Positions 48,669-60,396 of a stretch of DNA of 64,000 nucleotides are shown here, piece by piece. Numbering within the stretch: the stretch's first letter is position 1; each line of letters begins with the position of its first letter. Source of the stretch: Bacilli bacterium (GTDB lineage: Bacteria; Bacillota_I; Bacilli_A; ML615J-28; CAG-313); NCBI GenBank assembly GCA_017463365.1, contig JAFTPH010000031.1, positions 9,072 through 73,071 on the forward strand. The letters run 5' to 3'. Made by a program: the position numbers and the translations under genes. Under the pieces are notes generated by a model. That model was not told the DNA's origin. It saw nothing but the letters and a program-made list of their open reading frames with translations, and did not search any database.

Positions 48669-49724
48669 CTACTGCTGTTTTTCAAATTTTATAATCATAG
48701 ATAAATTACAAAAACCAAATTCGTTAGTGTATTTTGTTAAATATGTATAATTTGAACGTAGATTATGATAATCAATAATATAACCGCCGAAGTAACTTAT
48801 TCCGTCTTCAAAACCGTAGTTTTCTTGTATTTCAATATAATTAGTTTGTAAATTAAGAATATGTTTGTTCACATATGATGTGTATTTTGTTTCACAAATA
48901 ACATTGTTTTCTTTATCATATTCAATAATTGTGTAATCGATTAAAGATTTTACGGTTTTTAGGTGAAAGGAATATTCAAATGTTACCCCTTCATTGGTTT
49001 CTTGATTATCTAAAGTGTTTTTACCAATAAAACTATGATTGAATTCGATGTTTCCATATTCATCTAAAAAAATTGGTGTTAAAAAAACTTTATTAAATAT
49101 ATATTCTTTGGTCTTTAAATCATAATAAACTTCGTAAAAATTTAAGTTTTCTACATTTAAATTATTTAGAAAGAAAATAGTAGATTCGTAACTTAAATAA
49201 TAAGTAGAAGCAGATAGTTTAAAACTGGTTGAATTGTAAGATTTAGCATATTTATAATTCGATGTGCCTCCAAAATGAGAACAAATTCCTGCATATTCTC
49301 CATTTAAGAGTTTTTGAGTGGTAGGTTCTTCTTCATCAAAGGTAAAAATTAAACCCATCACTTCATAATTAGATTCTTTTATAGGTTTATCTATTTGATC
49401 TTGATTAATGAAAATAGCAAAAAGAGCGCTAAAAAGTGATAAACATAGTCCAACAAATAAAAAGATAATATATATATTATTCTTTTTTTGTTTGTGATGA
49501 TTTTGGGTAGTTTCATAGATTATTTCTTCATTTGAAATCAATTCATCTAGGGAAACGTTCATCATTTTTGCGATATCATGCATTATTTCAAAATTTGGAT
49601 AACTACTACCTGTTTCCCACTTACTAACGGCTTGTCTAGATACGTGTAATAAGAGAGCTAAGTCCTCTTGAGTTAAACCATTGTTTTTGCGATAATCTTT
49701 AATTTTGTCTTTAAAATAATTCAT
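48669..49724 (-). CDS. Membrane-anchored XRE-family HTH protein with extracytoplasmic domain
   Basis: HTH YRKNNGLTQEDLALLLHVSRQAVSKWETGSSYPNFEIM, a single TM (IYIIFLFVGLCLSLFSALFAIFI) and a roughly 240-aa C-terminal domain. Confidence 0.8.
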   Translation of the reverse strand: MNYFKDKIKDYRKNNGLTQEDLALLLHVSRQAVSKWETGSSYPNFEIMHDIAKMMNVSLDELISNEEIIYETTQNHHKQKKNNIYIIFLFVGLCLSLFSALFAIFINQDQIDKPIKESNYEVMGLIFTFDEEEPTTQKLLNGEYAGICSHFGGTSNYKYAKSYNSTSFKLSASTYYLSYESTIFFLNNLNVENLNFYEVYYDLKTKEYIFNKVFLTPIFLDEYGNIEFNHSFIGKNTLDNQETNEGVTFEYSFHLKTVKSLIDYTIIEYDKENNVICETKYTSYVNKHILNLQTNYIEIQENYGFEDGISYFGGYIIDYHNLRSNYTYLTKYTNEFGFCNLSMIIKFEKQQ

Positions 49725-49895
49725 ATTGTAAATGTCCTCCTTTTGTATATTTTTATTATAGCATCGTGATTTAAAAAAGTCACGCTAAAGTTGGTTGCGT
49801 TGCATAAAAAAACAACAAAATAGGAAATTTTTTAATGATAAATTTAAAAGTGGGAAAAAAGTTTTTAAAAAATGATTAAAAAATTATCAAATCAT

Positions 49896-49924
49896 TTGCC
49901 AAAAATAGGTGTTTTGAGTATAAT
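49896..49924 (+). promoter_or_regulatory. Promoter of the S10 operon
   Basis: TTGCCA, 17-nt spacer, TATAAT. Confidence 0.65.
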
Positions 49925-49930
49925 ATATAA

Positions 49931-50056
49931 GGCTTAAAGGTAGGCAAGGATTTGCGAGGTTGCTGATACGCACGGAAGAGTTGTCGTGTGACGTGCTATC
50001 AGGGAATTCGTAATGAGCCGTAACTTCTAGTTTATAAAAAGTATAAGGAGGCTAAC
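49931..50056 (+). promoter_or_regulatory. Structured 5' leader of the S10 operon
   Basis: GC-richer leader with pairing CTGATACGCACG / CGTGCTATCAG. Candidate r-protein autoregulatory leader. Confidence 0.4.
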
Positions 50057-50365
50057 ATGGCAAAAGAAAAGAAATTCAGAATAAGATTATTATCTTATGA
50101 TCACAGATTATTAGATGAATCTGCGAAGAAGATTGTGGAAACAGCAAAGAGAACTGGTGCTACTGTGTCTGGTCCTATTCCGCTACCCACTGAAAAAGAA
50201 GTATTTACAATCATTCGTTCACCACATAAATACAAAGACAGTCGTGAACAATTCGAACGTCGTACTCATAAACGTTTAATTGACATTGTAAATATCAATG
50301 CTAAAACTGTTGATGCGTTAGTTCATTTAGAACTTCCATCAGGTGTCGAAATCGTATTAAAATAA
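50057..50365 (+). CDS. rpsJ: 30S ribosomal protein S10
   Basis: Sequence and operon position. Confidence 0.97.
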   Translation: MAKEKKFRIRLLSYDHRLLDESAKKIVETAKRTGATVSGPIPLPTEKEVFTIIRSPHKYKDSREQFERRTHKRLIDIVNINAKTVDALVHLELPSGVEIVLK

Positions 50366-50388
50366 TGAGAAAAATGGAGGTGTAACTC

Positions 50389-51048
50389 ATGGCCAAAGGA
50401 ATCTTAGGTAAGAAAATCGGAATGACACAAGTGTTCACTGAAACAGGCGCTTTAATCCCTGTTACAGTTATTGAAGTCACTCCAAACGTTGTATTACAAA
50501 AAAAGACTGTGGAAACAGATGGTTACAGTGCAATCCAATTAGGTTACGCAGATAAACGCGAAAAAGTTGCTAACAAACCTGAAATTGGACACGCTGCAAA
50601 AGCCAATACAGCCCCTAAGCGCTTCGTAAAAGAAATCGCTGGGGAAGAGATGCTAGCGTTTGAAGTTGGACAAGAGGTTAAAGGAAATATATTTACAGTT
50701 GGAGAATTAGTAGATGTTACAGGAACTTCTAAAGGGAAAGGTTTCCAAGGGGTTATCAAACGTCACAATTTCCACAGAGGGCCAATGGCACACGGATCTG
50801 GATATCATCGTGGAATTGGTTCTATGGGTTCTATCCAAGCTGCACGTATTAAACCAGGTAAGAAAATGCCAGGTCGTATGGGTGGAGTAACTAGAACAGT
50901 TCAAAACTTAGAATTCGTTAAATACGACGAAACAAATAATGTTATTCTTGTTAAGGGTAATGTACCAGGACCTAAAAACTCATTTGTAGTTGTAACAAAT
51001 GCTGTTAAATCACACAATCCTGCATTAAACCCTGAAAGTTTAGCATAG
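50389..51048 (+). CDS. rplC: 50S ribosomal protein L3
   Basis: Sequence and operon position. Confidence 0.97.
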   Translation: MAKGILGKKIGMTQVFTETGALIPVTVIEVTPNVVLQKKTVETDGYSAIQLGYADKREKVANKPEIGHAAKANTAPKRFVKEIAGEEMLAFEVGQEVKGNIFTVGELVDVTGTSKGKGFQGVIKRHNFHRGPMAHGSGYHRGIGSMGSIQAARIKPGKKMPGRMGGVTRTVQNLEFVKYDETNNVILVKGNVPGPKNSFVVVTNAVKSHNPALNPESLA

Positions 51049-51061
51049 GAAGGAGACAAAT

Positions 51062-51685
51062 ATGCCTAGTATCGTATTATTAAATCAAAAAGGTCAAGAA
51101 GTTGAAACTTTACAACTTGCTGAAGAAATTTTTGCAGTTGAAGAACATCAACAAGCAGTATTTGATACAATCATTGCTGAACTAGCTGGACGTCGTCAAG
51201 GAACTCAAAAAGCTAAAACACGTACAGAAGTTCGTGGTGGTGGTAAAAAACCTTGGAGACAAAAAGGAACTGGTCGTGCAAGACAAGGTTCAATCCGTGC
51301 TCCTCAATGGCGTGGTGGTGGTGTAGTATTTGCTCCAACTCCTAGAACATACAAAATGAAAGTTAACAAAAAAGTTGTTAAACTTGCTATGAAATGCGCA
51401 TTAAGTGAAAAAGTTCGCGAAAATGCATTAATCGCTGTTGATAAGATTGAATTAGAAAGCTTCAAAACTAAAGGATTAGTTGAAATATTATTAAATGTTA
51501 AAGCTGAAGGTAAAGTATTAATCGTTTTAGATGAAGTAAATGCTAATGTTGAATTAGCAGGAAGAAACCTTCCATATGCTTGTGTTGAAAACATTAATCA
51601 TGTATCTGTATATCAAATGAAAAATGCATCTTGCGTAATCATGACTAAAGGCGCAATTGCAAGATATGAGGAGGTACTTAAATAA
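51062..51685 (+). CDS. rplD: 50S ribosomal protein L4
   Basis: Sequence and operon position. Confidence 0.97.
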   Translation: MPSIVLLNQKGQEVETLQLAEEIFAVEEHQQAVFDTIIAELAGRRQGTQKAKTRTEVRGGGKKPWRQKGTGRARQGSIRAPQWRGGGVVFAPTPRTYKMKVNKKVVKLAMKCALSEKVRENALIAVDKIELESFKTKGLVEILLNVKAEGKVLIVLDEVNANVELAGRNLPYACVENINHVSVYQMKNASCVIMTKGAIARYEEVLK

Positions 51686-51969
51686 TGAAATCAATGTATG
51701 ATATTATTATTAAACCAATCATTACTGAAAAATCTAGTCAATTAGTTGAAAATTTACAATACACTTTCGAAGTACAAAAAGATGCTAACAAAGTAGAAAT
51801 CAAAGATGCAATTGAAAAGATTTTCAATGTTAAAGTAGTAGCTATTAGAACAATCAATGTTCATCGTAAAGCAAAGAGAATGCAAAGATACGCAGGATTT
51901 AAGCCAGCATACAAAAAAGCAATCGTAAGACTTGCTCCTGGTCAATCAATCGATGCGTTCGAACTATAG
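51685..51969 (+). CDS. rplW: 50S ribosomal protein L23
   Basis: Sequence and operon position. Confidence 0.97.
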   Translation: MKSMYDIIIKPIITEKSSQLVENLQYTFEVQKDANKVEIKDAIEKIFNVKVVAIRTINVHRKAKRMQRYAGFKPAYKKAIVRLAPGQSIDAFEL

Positions 51970-51982
51970 GAGGTAAAGTTTA

Positions 51983-52813
51983 ATGCCAGTTAGAAAGTAT
52001 AAACCAACGACTAATGGTCTTCGTAACATGTCAGTATTAACATTTGATGAAATTACTACTGACACTCCTGAGAAAAGTTTACTTGTTTCATTAAACAAAA
52101 AAGGTGGTCGTAATGCCAGCGGTAAAATCACAGTTCGCCATCATGGTGGAGGAGCTAAAAGAAAATATCGTTTAATCGACTTCAAACGTAATAAAGATGG
52201 TGTTGTAGGTAAAGTTGCTACAATCGAATACGATCCAAACCGTAGCGCAAACATCGCATTAATTCATTACGTTGATGGAGAAAAAAGATATATCATCGCT
52301 CCAAAAGATTTAACTGTAGGTATGGAAATTGTTTCTGGTGTAACTGCTGACATCCGTGTTGGTAACGCATTAGAAATCGCTAATATCCCAATGGGTACAA
52401 TGGTTCATAACATTGAATTACACCCAGGTCATGGAGGACAATTAGCAAGAGCTGCTGGAACAGGTGCTCAAATCTTAGGTCGTGAAGAAAAATATGTTTT
52501 AGTAAGATTACAAAGTGGTGAAGTTCGCCGCGTACTTGGAAATTGCCGTGCAACAGTTGGTGTTGTTGGTAATGCCGATCATGAATTAGTAAATATAGGT
52601 AAAGCAGGACGTACACGTCATATGGGTATCCGCCCAACAGTTCGTGGTTCTGTAATGAACCCTAACGATCACCCTCATGGTGGTGGGGAAGGTCGTCAAC
52701 CTATCGGACGTAAAGCACCTATGACTCCTTGGGGTAAAGTTGCTCTAGGTCTTAAAACTAGAAAAAAGAAAAATAAATCGAACCGTCTTATCGTTCGTCG
52801 CAGAAATGGTTAG
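51983..52813 (+). CDS. rplB: 50S ribosomal protein L2
   Basis: Sequence and operon position. Confidence 0.97.
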   Translation: MPVRKYKPTTNGLRNMSVLTFDEITTDTPEKSLLVSLNKKGGRNASGKITVRHHGGGAKRKYRLIDFKRNKDGVVGKVATIEYDPNRSANIALIHYVDGEKRYIIAPKDLTVGMEIVSGVTADIRVGNALEIANIPMGTMVHNIELHPGHGGQLARAAGTGAQILGREEKYVLVRLQSGEVRRVLGNCRATVGVVGNADHELVNIGKAGRTRHMGIRPTVRGSVMNPNDHPHGGGEGRQPIGRKAPMTPWGKVALGLKTRKKKNKSNRLIVRRRNG

Positions 52814-52831
52814 AAAGGAGTACTCAAGAAT

Positions 52832-53107
52832 ATGTCACGTTCACTTAAAAAAGGTCCTTTTATTGATGAACATTTAATGAAAAAAGTTCAAGCATTAAAT
52901 GAAGCAAATCAAAAGAAAGTTATTCAAACATGGTCAAGAAGATCAACAATTTATCCTGATTTCGTTGGACACACAGTTGCTGTATATAATGGTAAAACAC
53001 ATTTACCAATTTATGTAACTGAAGATATGGTAGGTCATAAATTCGGTGAGTTCGCTCCAACTAGATCATACCATGGTCACGGAAAAGACAAAAAAGCAGG
53101 AAGATAA
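52832..53107 (+). CDS. rpsS: 30S ribosomal protein S19
   Basis: Sequence and operon position. Confidence 0.97.
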   Translation: MSRSLKKGPFIDEHLMKKVQALNEANQKKVIQTWSRRSTIYPDFVGHTVAVYNGKTHLPIYVTEDMVGHKFGEFAPTRSYHGHGKDKKAGR

Positions 53108-53121
53108 TGGAGGGTGTAAAA

Positions 53122-53460
53122 ATGGAAGTAAGAGCAATCGCTAAAAACGTAAGAATCTCTCCAAGAAAAGCAAAACTTGTTATTGACTTAATTCGTGGAA
53201 AGAAAATTGGTGAAGCAATCGCCATCGTTACAAACGTTGAATCTACAGTTAAAGAAGTAATTTTAAAAGTTATCAAATCAGCTGTAGCAAACGCTGTAAA
53301 CAATAATAACGCTGAAGCAAATGATTTATATATTAAAGAAATCTATGCTAACCCAGCACCAATGTTAAAAAGATATCGCGCAAGAGCTAAAGGTTCTGGT
53401 GCAAGAATTTTAAAAAGAGCTAGCCATGTAACAGTAGTTGTGGCTGAAGCTGCTAAGTAA
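53122..53460 (+). CDS. rplV: 50S ribosomal protein L22
   Basis: [19 protein letters not shown] 53122 follows GGAGGG. Confidence 0.95.
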   Translation: MEVRAIAKNVRISPRKAKLVIDLIRGKKIGEAIAIVTNVESTVKEVILKVIKSAVANAVNNNNAEANDLYIKEIYANPAPMLKRYRARAKGSGARILKRASHVTVVVAEAAK

Positions 53461-53471
53461 GGAGGGCACAT

Positions 53472-54134
53472 ATGGGTCAAAAGGTAAGTCCAATAGGATT
53501 ACGTGTTGGTATCATCCGTGATTGGGATACTAAATGGTACGCACCAAAAACTAAAGTTGCGGATTTATTACATGAAGATTTAAAAATCCGTGAATTCTTA
53601 AATGACTTCTATAAGAACGCTTATGTAGCTCATATTGAAGTTAAACGTACAGGTAAAAAAGTTATTGTAGCATTACATACTGCTAAACCTGGTGCGGTAA
53701 TTGGTCGTGAAGGATCAAAGAAAAATGAAGCTGTTAAAAAATTAGAAAAATTAACAGGAAAACATGTATATATTACTGTAATCGAAATTAAAACTCCAGA
53801 TTTAGATGCTACTATCGTAGCTCGTAAGATGGCTGAAGAATTAGAAAACCGTGCATCGTTCCGCCGTGTTCAAAAAATGGCTATCCAACGTGCATTAAAA
53901 GCAGGAGCTAAAGGTATTAAAACTCAAATCTCTGGACGTTTAGGTGGAGCTGAAATCGCTCGTAGCGAAGGATATATCGAAGGAAGTGTACCTCTACATA
54001 CTCTTCGTGCTGATATTGACTATGCTACAGCAGAAGCTGCTACTACTTATGGTAAATTAGGTGTTAAAGTATGGATCAATAAAGGTGAAGTACTTGCAGC
54101 TAAACAAACTGTAACAAAGAAGGAGGATCGATAA
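53472..54134 (+). CDS. rpsC: 30S ribosomal protein S3
   Basis: Sequence and operon position. Confidence 0.97.
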   Translation: MGQKVSPIGLRVGIIRDWDTKWYAPKTKVADLLHEDLKIREFLNDFYKNAYVAHIEVKRTGKKVIVALHTAKPGAVIGREGSKKNEAVKKLEKLTGKHVYITVIEIKTPDLDATIVARKMAEELENRASFRRVQKMAIQRALKAGAKGIKTQISGRLGGAEIARSEGYIEGSVPLHTLRADIDYATAEAATTYGKLGVKVWINKGEVLAAKQTVTKKEDR

Positions 54135-54135
54135 T

Positions 54136-54552
54136 ATGTTAATGCCAAAAAGAACTAAATATCGTCGTCCACATCGTATTAGTTACGAAGGAAAAGCAAA
54201 AGGTTTAGTAAAAGTTACTAATGGTGAATATGGTTTACAATCACTAGAAGGTGCTTGGGTTACTGACCGTCAAATCGAAGCTGCCCGTATCGCTATGACA
54301 CGTTATATGAGACGTGACGGGAAAGTTTGGATTAATATCTTCCCTCACATGGTAAGAACTAAGAAACCTCTTGAAGTTCGTATGGGTTCTGGTAAAGGGG
54401 CTCCTGATGGATACGTTGCTGTTGTAAAACAAGGAACAGTAATGTTTGAAGTCGCAGGTGTATCTGAAGAAGTTGCACGCGAAGCTTTACGTTTAGCATC
54501 TCATAAATTACCAGTGAAAACAAAATTTGTTGTAAGAGAAAGTGGTGAATAA
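54136..54552 (+). CDS. rplP: 50S ribosomal protein L16
   Basis: Sequence and operon position. Confidence 0.97.
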   Translation: MLMPKRTKYRRPHRISYEGKAKGLVKVTNGEYGLQSLEGAWVTDRQIEAARIAMTRYMRRDGKVWINIFPHMVRTKKPLEVRMGSGKGAPDGYVAVVKQGTVMFEVAGVSEEVAREALRLASHKLPVKTKFVVRESGE

Positions 54553-54553
54553 G

Positions 54554-54790
54554 ATGGCTGCAAAGAAGACTGCAAAACAAGTTGTAAAAAAATCACAAGT
54601 TAATCAAATTCGTGAATTAAATGATGCTGATATCCAAGCAAAAATTGCCGAATTAAAACAAGAATTATTCAACTTGCGTTTCCAAGCAGCTGTTGGTAAA
54701 TTAGAAAACACTGCTCAATTACGCAAAGTTAAAAAAGAAATTGCACGTGCATACACTGTATTAACTGAACGTGCAAGCAAGGAGGCTTAA
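54554..54790 (+). CDS. rpmC: 50S ribosomal protein L29
   Basis: ELFNLRFQ motif. I prefer ATG 54554, just after the rplP stop. Confidence 0.9.
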   Translation: MAAKKTAKQVVKKSQVNQIRELNDADIQAKIAELKQELFNLRFQAAVGKLENTAQLRKVKKEIARAYTVLTERASKEA

Positions 54791-54791
54791 T

Positions 54792-55052
54792 ATGGAAAGA
54801 AATACACGTAAAACATATGTTGGAACTGTTGTTTCTGCTAAAAACGATAAAACTATAACTGTTGCTATCGAATCATATCGTAAGCACCCTTTATATGGAA
54901 AAAGAGTAAAATACACAAAGAAATTTGCTGCACACGATGAACAAAACTTAGCAAAAGTTGGAGATGTAGTTGAAATTATGGAAACTCGTCCATTATCAAA
55001 AACTAAACACTGCCGCTTAGTAAAAGTTGTTCAAGAAGCAGTAATCATTTAA
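54792..55052 (+). CDS. rpsQ: 30S ribosomal protein S17
   Basis: [18 protein letters not shown] follows AAGGAGG. Confidence 0.95.
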   Translation: MERNTRKTYVGTVVSAKNDKTITVAIESYRKHPLYGKRVKYTKKFAAHDEQNLAKVGDVVEIMETRPLSKTKHCRLVKVVQEAVII

Positions 55053-55069
55053 TAGGAGGTAATTAGATT

Positions 55070-55438
55070 ATGGTTCAACAAGAAACTAGAGTCAATGTAG
55101 CTGACAACTCAGGTGCTAAAGAATTACTTATTATTAAAGTATTAGGTGGTTCAATCCACAAAACTGCAAACATCGGTGATATCGTTGTTTGTTCAGTAAA
55201 ATCTGCTTCAACTGGTGGAGCCGTTAAAAAAGGTGACGTTGTTAAAGCGGTAATCGTACGTACAAAACATGGATTAAAGAGACAAGATGGTTCATATATT
55301 AAATTTGATGATAACGCTGCTGTTATTATTAAAGAAGATAAAACACCACGTGGAACTCGTATTTTCGGGCCTGTTGCTAGAGAATTACGTGATGGTGATT
55401 TCATGAAAATCGTTTCTTTAGCTCCAGAAGTTCTATAG
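55070..55438 (+). CDS. rplN: 50S ribosomal protein L14
   Basis: Sequence and operon position. Confidence 0.97.
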   Translation: MVQQETRVNVADNSGAKELLIIKVLGGSIHKTANIGDIVVCSVKSASTGGAVKKGDVVKAVIVRTKHGLKRQDGSYIKFDDNAAVIIKEDKTPRGTRIFGPVARELRDGDFMKIVSLAPEVL

Positions 55439-55448
55439 GAGGCGACTT

Positions 55449-55814
55449 ATGAAGTTAAAAAAAGGTGATATTGTAGCTGTTATAACTGGTAAGGATAAAG
55501 CTACTAAAGGAACTTATAAAACTGGTGAAATCTTAAAAGTTTATCCTGAAGAAAACAAAGTAGTTGTTAAAGGAATCAATATTGTAACTAAACACTATCG
55601 TCCATCAAATGCTCGTCCAAATGGTGGTATCGAAAAGAAAGAAGCTCCACTTGATGCTTCAAATGTTGCATACTTAGATCCTAAGGAAAAGAAACCAACA
55701 AGAATTCGCTATGAATATGAAAAAGATGCAAATGGTGAATTTGTATTAAATTCAAAAGGAAAGAAAATCAAATATCGTGTAGCAGTATTATCTGGAACAC
55801 GTATTGATAAGTAG
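55449..55814 (+). CDS. rplX: 50S ribosomal protein L24
   Basis: KKGD.V.VI.GKDK KOW motif and operon position. Confidence 0.95.
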   Translation: MKLKKGDIVAVITGKDKATKGTYKTGEILKVYPEENKVVVKGINIVTKHYRPSNARPNGGIEKKEAPLDASNVAYLDPKEKKPTRIRYEYEKDANGEFVLNSKGKKIKYRVAVLSGTRIDK

Positions 55815-55828
55815 GAAAGGAGTAACAG

Positions 55829-56368
55829 ATGAATAGAGTTTTACAATATTATAAAGAAAATGTAGTAAAAGAACTTACTGAAAAATTCGGTTATACAACT
55901 GTTATGCAAGTTCCTAAAATCGAAAAAATTGTTGTAAATATGGGTGTTGGGGATGCAATCGCAAACTCAAAAGCACTAGATGCTGCAGTTGAAGATTTAG
56001 CTGCAATCACTGGTCAAAAACCATTAATTACAAAAGCTAAAAAATCAATCGCTGTCTTCAAATTACGTGAAGGTATGTCAATTGGTGCGAAAGTAACTTT
56101 ACGTGGAGAAAAAATGTATGAATTCTTTGATAAATTAGTATCAATTTCATTACCACGTGTAAGAGACTTCCGTGGGGTAAACCCTAACTCATTCGATGGA
56201 AGAGGAAACTATACTTTAGGTGTTAAAGAACAATTAATTTTCCCTGAAATCGTTTATGATAAAGTATTTAAAGTTCGTGGTATGGATATCGTTATCGTTA
56301 CTACAGCTAAAACAGATGAAGAAGGCCGCGCTTTATTAAGCATGCTCGGAATGCCTTTTAGAAAGTAA
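55829..56368 (+). CDS. rplE: 50S ribosomal protein L5
   Basis: Sequence and operon position. Confidence 0.97.
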   Translation: MNRVLQYYKENVVKELTEKFGYTTVMQVPKIEKIVVNMGVGDAIANSKALDAAVEDLAAITGQKPLITKAKKSIAVFKLREGMSIGAKVTLRGEKMYEFFDKLVSISLPRVRDFRGVNPNSFDGRGNYTLGVKEQLIFPEIVYDKVFKVRGMDIVIVTTAKTDEEGRALLSMLGMPFRK

Positions 56369-56383
56369 TGGAGGAAAGAGATA

Positions 56384-56569
56384 ATGGCTAAAACATCATT
56401 AAAAGTTAAATGCAACCGTAAACAAAAATATGCGGTTAGAGAATACACTCGTTGTGAACGTTGTGGAAGACCTCATGCAGTTTATCGCAAATTCAAATTA
56501 TGCAGAGTTTGCTTTAGAGAACTAGCATACAAAGGGTTAATTCCTGGCGTTACAAAGGCGAGCTGGTAA
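56384..56569 (+). CDS. rpsN: 30S ribosomal protein S14, type Z (zinc-binding)
   Basis: 61 aa with CERCGR...CRVC. Confidence 0.95.
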   Translation: MAKTSLKVKCNRKQKYAVREYTRCERCGRPHAVYRKFKLCRVCFRELAYKGLIPGVTKASW

Positions 56570-56584
56570 GAAGGAGGTCTATCT

Positions 56585-56980
56585 ATGGTTATGACAGATC
56601 CAATTGCTGATATGCTTACAAGAATCCGTAATGCAGCACAAATGAAACATGCTGACGTTATGGTTCCTGCTTCAAATTTAAAACTTGAAGTTCTTCGTAT
56701 CTTAAAAGAAGAAGGATATATTAGTGATTTTGAAAAAACAGAAGACGGTAAACAAGGAATTGTTAAAGTTACTTTAAAATATGTTAATAAAGTTAATGTA
56801 ATAAAAGGACTTAAGAGAATTTCTAAACCTGGTTTAAGAGTATATGCTAAAAAAGACGAACTACCTAAAGTTCTTAATGGATTAGGTATTGCTATCGTTT
56901 CTACATCAAGTGGTGTGATGACTGACCGTGAAGCACGCCAAAAAAATCTTGGTGGCGAAGTTTTAGCATTTGTATGGTAA
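56585..56980 (+). CDS. rpsH: 30S ribosomal protein S8
   Basis: Sequence and operon position. Confidence 0.97.
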   Translation: MVMTDPIADMLTRIRNAAQMKHADVMVPASNLKLEVLRILKEEGYISDFEKTEDGKQGIVKVTLKYVNKVNVIKGLKRISKPGLRVYAKKDELPKVLNGLGIAIVSTSSGVMTDREARQKNLGGEVLAFVW

Positions 56981-56993
56981 GGAGGGTGCTAGA

Positions 56994-57530
56994 ATGTCTC
57001 GTATAGGTAATAAACATATCGTAATTCCTGCAGGAGTTACTGTTGAACAAAATGGTAATACAATTACTGTAAAAGGACCTAAAGGTCAATTAGAATACAC
57101 TTACAATGCAGAATTAAATGTAGAAGTAAATGGAACAGAGTTAGTAGTAACTCGTCCAACTGATGGTAAATTCCATCGTACAATTCATGGAACTACAAGA
57201 GCATTAATTAACAACATGGTTGTTGGTGTAAGTAATGGTTTTGAAAAAGTTCTTGAAATTATTGGTACAGGGTACCGTGCTCAATTACAAGGTAAAGTAT
57301 TAGTAATTAATGCTGGTTACTCTCATCCAGTAAATTTAGAAATCCCTGAAGGATTAACTGTAACTGTTCCAAGTCCAACAGAAGTACGCGTTTCAGGATG
57401 CGACAAACAATTAGTTGGACAATTTGCGGCTAACGTTAGAATCATCCGTAAACCTGAACCATATAAAGGTAAAGGTATTCGTTATCAAGGTGAATACGTT
57501 CGTCGTAAAGAAGGAAAGAAAGCTAAATAG
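56994..57530 (+). CDS. rplF: 50S ribosomal protein L6
   Basis: [15 protein letters not shown] 56994 follows AAGGAGGG. Confidence 0.95.
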   Translation: MSRIGNKHIVIPAGVTVEQNGNTITVKGPKGQLEYTYNAELNVEVNGTELVVTRPTDGKFHRTIHGTTRALINNMVVGVSNGFEKVLEIIGTGYRAQLQGKVLVINAGYSHPVNLEIPEGLTVTVPSPTEVRVSGCDKQLVGQFAANVRIIRKPEPYKGKGIRYQGEYVRRKEGKKAK

Positions 57531-57550
57531 AAAGGAGCAACTAAAAGCAT

Positions 57551-57913
57551 ATGATTACAAAGAAATCAAAAGATGCAGCACGTGTAAAACGTCATATCAG
57601 ATTAAGAGCAAACTTAGCTGGAACATCTGAAAGACCACGTCTTGCAGTATATCGTTCAAATAAAAACATTGCCGCTCAAATTATTGATGACGACAAACAA
57701 ATCACACTAGTTGCTGCCTCTTCTAACGAAAAAGGCAACCGCATCGCTGAAGGTGGAAACATCAAAGGTGCTGCGCTAGTTGGTGAAGCAATCGCAAAAA
57801 GAGCTTTAGAAGCTGGAATTACTGAAGTTGTATTCGACCGTGGTGGATATTTATATCACGGACGTGTAAAAGCTTTAGCTGATGCAGCAAGACAAGCTGG
57901 ACTTAAGTTCTAG
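57551..57913 (+). CDS. rplR: 50S ribosomal protein L18
   Basis: Sequence and operon position. Confidence 0.97.
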   Translation: MITKKSKDAARVKRHIRLRANLAGTSERPRLAVYRSNKNIAAQIIDDDKQITLVAASSNEKGNRIAEGGNIKGAALVGEAIAKRALEAGITEVVFDRGGYLYHGRVKALADAARQAGLKF

Positions 57914-57922
57914 GAGGTAACA

Positions 57923-58432
57923 ATGCGTAAAGAAGAATTAAAAAACCAAGAAGAAAAAACATTGGAAGAACGTGTCGTTGTTATCAACCGTGTAACTAAA
58001 GTTGTTAAAGGTGGTAGACGTATGCGTTTCGCCGCATTAGTAGTTGTTGGGGACTACAAAGGAAATATCGGTTATGGTACTGGTAAAGCTCAAGAAGTTC
58101 CTGAAGCTATTAAGAAAGCAGTTGAAGATGCTAAAAAGAACATGATCCATGTTCCAATCGTAAATACTACAATTCCTCACACAATCACTGGTGTTGCAGG
58201 TGCAGGTCAAGTATTCTTAAAACCTGCTCCAGCTGGGACTGGGATTATTGCTGGGGGACCAGTTCGTAACGTTGTAGAACTTGCTGGTATCCAAAACATT
58301 TATTCAAAATCACAAGGTTCAAGTACTCCAATCAATATTGTACGTGCTACATTTGAAGGGCTAAAACAATTACGTACAATCGAAGAAGTAGCTGAAATTC
58401 GTGGTAAGAAAGTTGAAGAAATTAAGGGGTAA
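57923..58432 (+). CDS. rpsE: 30S ribosomal protein S5
   Basis: Sequence and operon position. Confidence 0.97.
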   Translation: MRKEELKNQEEKTLEERVVVINRVTKVVKGGRRMRFAALVVVGDYKGNIGYGTGKAQEVPEAIKKAVEDAKKNMIHVPIVNTTIPHTITGVAGAGQVFLKPAPAGTGIIAGGPVRNVVELAGIQNIYSKSQGSSTPINIVRATFEGLKQLRTIEEVAEIRGKKVEEIKG

Positions 58433-58437
58433 TTATC

Positions 58438-58626
58438 ATGGCAAATGAAAAACAACTAAAAATCACATTAGTAAAAAGCCCTATTACTTACGCTAAAAAT
58501 CAAAGAGACACTTTAAAAGCTCTAGGTTTAACAAAAATGCACAAACAAGTTGTAAAAGTTGACAATCCACAAATCCGTGGAATGGTTAAAACTGTAGCAC
58601 ACTTAGTTAGTGTTGAAGAAGCTTAG
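58438..58626 (+). CDS. rpmD: 50S ribosomal protein L30
   Basis: Sequence and operon position. Confidence 0.95.
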   Translation: MANEKQLKITLVKSPITYAKNQRDTLKALGLTKMHKQVVKVDNPQIRGMVKTVAHLVSVEEA

Positions 58627-58636
58627 GAGGTCCACA

Positions 58637-59077
58637 ATGAAATTAAATGAATTAAAACCTGTTGAAGGTGCTCGTCACTACAAAAAACGTGTAGGACGTG
58701 GTGCCGGAAGTGGTATGGGTAAAACTGCCACTAGAGGACACAAAGGACAAAATGCACGTAGTGGAGGAGGAGTTCGTCCTGCATTCGAAGGGGGACAAAC
58801 ACCATTATTCAAACGTCTTCCTAAACGTGGATTTACAAACATTAACAGAGTTGATTACGCTGTAATCAATGTTGAAGATTTAAACTGCTTCGAAGCTGGA
58901 ACTGTAGTTGATACAGCTTTATTACAAGCAAAAGGGTTAGTTAAAAAAGAATACGAAGGAGTGAAAGTTTTAGGCGATGGAGAATTAAACGTAGCATTAA
59001 CTGTTAAAGCTAAGAAATTCTCTAAATCTGCGAGTGAAAAAATCAGTGCTGCTGGTGGAACAATCGAGGTGCTTTAA
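58637..59077 (+). CDS. rplO: 50S ribosomal protein L15
   Basis: [16 protein letters not shown] follows AGGAGG. Confidence 0.95.
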   Translation: MKLNELKPVEGARHYKKRVGRGAGSGMGKTATRGHKGQNARSGGGVRPAFEGGQTPLFKRLPKRGFTNINRVDYAVINVEDLNCFEAGTVVDTALLQAKGLVKKEYEGVKVLGDGELNVALTVKAKKFSKSASEKISAAGGTIEVL

Positions 59078-59078
59078 A

Positions 59079-60371
59079 ATGAAAAAATTCTTTTCAAACA
59101 ATAAAAAGTTAATTTGCATGTTACTTTTTACTGCATTTGCTTTATTAGTATGGAGATTAGGGGTTAAAATTAAAGTTCCTCTATTCGATGTAAAAGCTGA
59201 AGCAAGTGACACAAATAACTTATTCGGGTTCTTAGATATCTTTACAGGGGGAGCATTATCACAATTCTCTATCCTAGCATTAGGTATCAGCCCATACATT
59301 ACATCTTCAATCGTTGTACAATTATTACAAATGGACATCATCCCTCAGTTCAAAGAATGGGCTGAAGAAGGTGAAGCTGGTAAAGCTAAATTAAATCAAT
59401 GGACAAGATACATTGCTTTATTCTTAGCGTTTGTACAATCATTAGCATTAATTATCGGTATTAAGAATAGTTATGCTAACCTTTATTTCGAAGAATTATT
59501 AGTAACTGATTTAAATGCTTTCTCATATTTATATATGGCATTAGTTATGACAGCTGGTACAGCATTCGTTATGTGGCTAGCAGACCAAATTACAATGCGT
59601 GGTATTGGTAATGGTGGTTCAATGATGATCGTTGCCGGTATCATTGCTGGTCTTCCTTCAATGTTCGTTAACTTATATAACGAATTCATCGTTGGAACAA
59701 CTACAAATCCTGCAACAGGATGGAGCATTGCTAAATTCTTCATTATAATTGCTTTATTCTTAGTAATTATTATTGCGATTATTTGGATGGAAGGATTACA
59801 AAGAAAAATTCCTATTCAATACGCAAACAGACCTGCTGCAGCAGCAATTCGTGGAAAACAAGATTCTAATGTTCCACTAAAACTTAACTCTGCATCAGTA
59901 ATCCCAGTTATCTTCGCTTCAACATTACTTAGTGTTCCACTAACTATTGTTAACTTCACAAGCGCAGATACAACTTGGTGGGAAATGATTTTCAGTCATC
60001 AAAAACCAATTGGTTTCGCTTTATATATCATTTTAATTTTCTTATTCAGTTTCTTCTATTCATTCTTACAAATTAGTCCAGAAAAAATGGCAGAAAACTT
60101 AAAGAAACAAAATGCATATATTCCAGGGGTAAAACCAGGTGATGATACTGCAGCTTACATCTCTAAAGTATTATTCAAAGTTACTTTATTAGGTGCAACT
60201 TACTTAGCAGTTATTGCCTCTTTACCAATGATTATTCAATTAGTATTTAACACAACAACAGATGTAAGTGTTGCTGGAACAAGTATTATGATCGTTGTTG
60301 GGGTTGCAGTAGAAACTGCTAAACAAATTAAGACACAAGTTCAATCTCAAGAATATCACGGATTTATGTAA
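59079..60371 (+). CDS. secY: Preprotein translocase subunit SecY
   Basis: 10-TM SecY sequence. I prefer ATG 59079, directly after the rplO stop. Confidence 0.95.
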   Translation: MKKFFSNNKKLICMLLFTAFALLVWRLGVKIKVPLFDVKAEASDTNNLFGFLDIFTGGALSQFSILALGISPYITSSIVVQLLQMDIIPQFKEWAEEGEAGKAKLNQWTRYIALFLAFVQSLALIIGIKNSYANLYFEELLVTDLNAFSYLYMALVMTAGTAFVMWLADQITMRGIGNGGSMMIVAGIIAGLPSMFVNLYNEFIVGTTTNPATGWSIAKFFIIIALFLVIIIAIIWMEGLQRKIPIQYANRPAAAAIRGKQDSNVPLKLNSASVIPVIFASTLLSVPLTIVNFTSADTTWWEMIFSHQKPIGFALYIILIFLFSFFYSFLQISPEKMAENLKKQNAYIPGVKPGDDTAAYISKVLFKVTLLGATYLAVIASLPMIIQLVFNTTTDVSVAGTSIMIVVGVAVETAKQIKTQVQSQEYHGFM

Positions 60372-60396
60372 TCTAAAAAAAGTAAGGTGAACTAAA

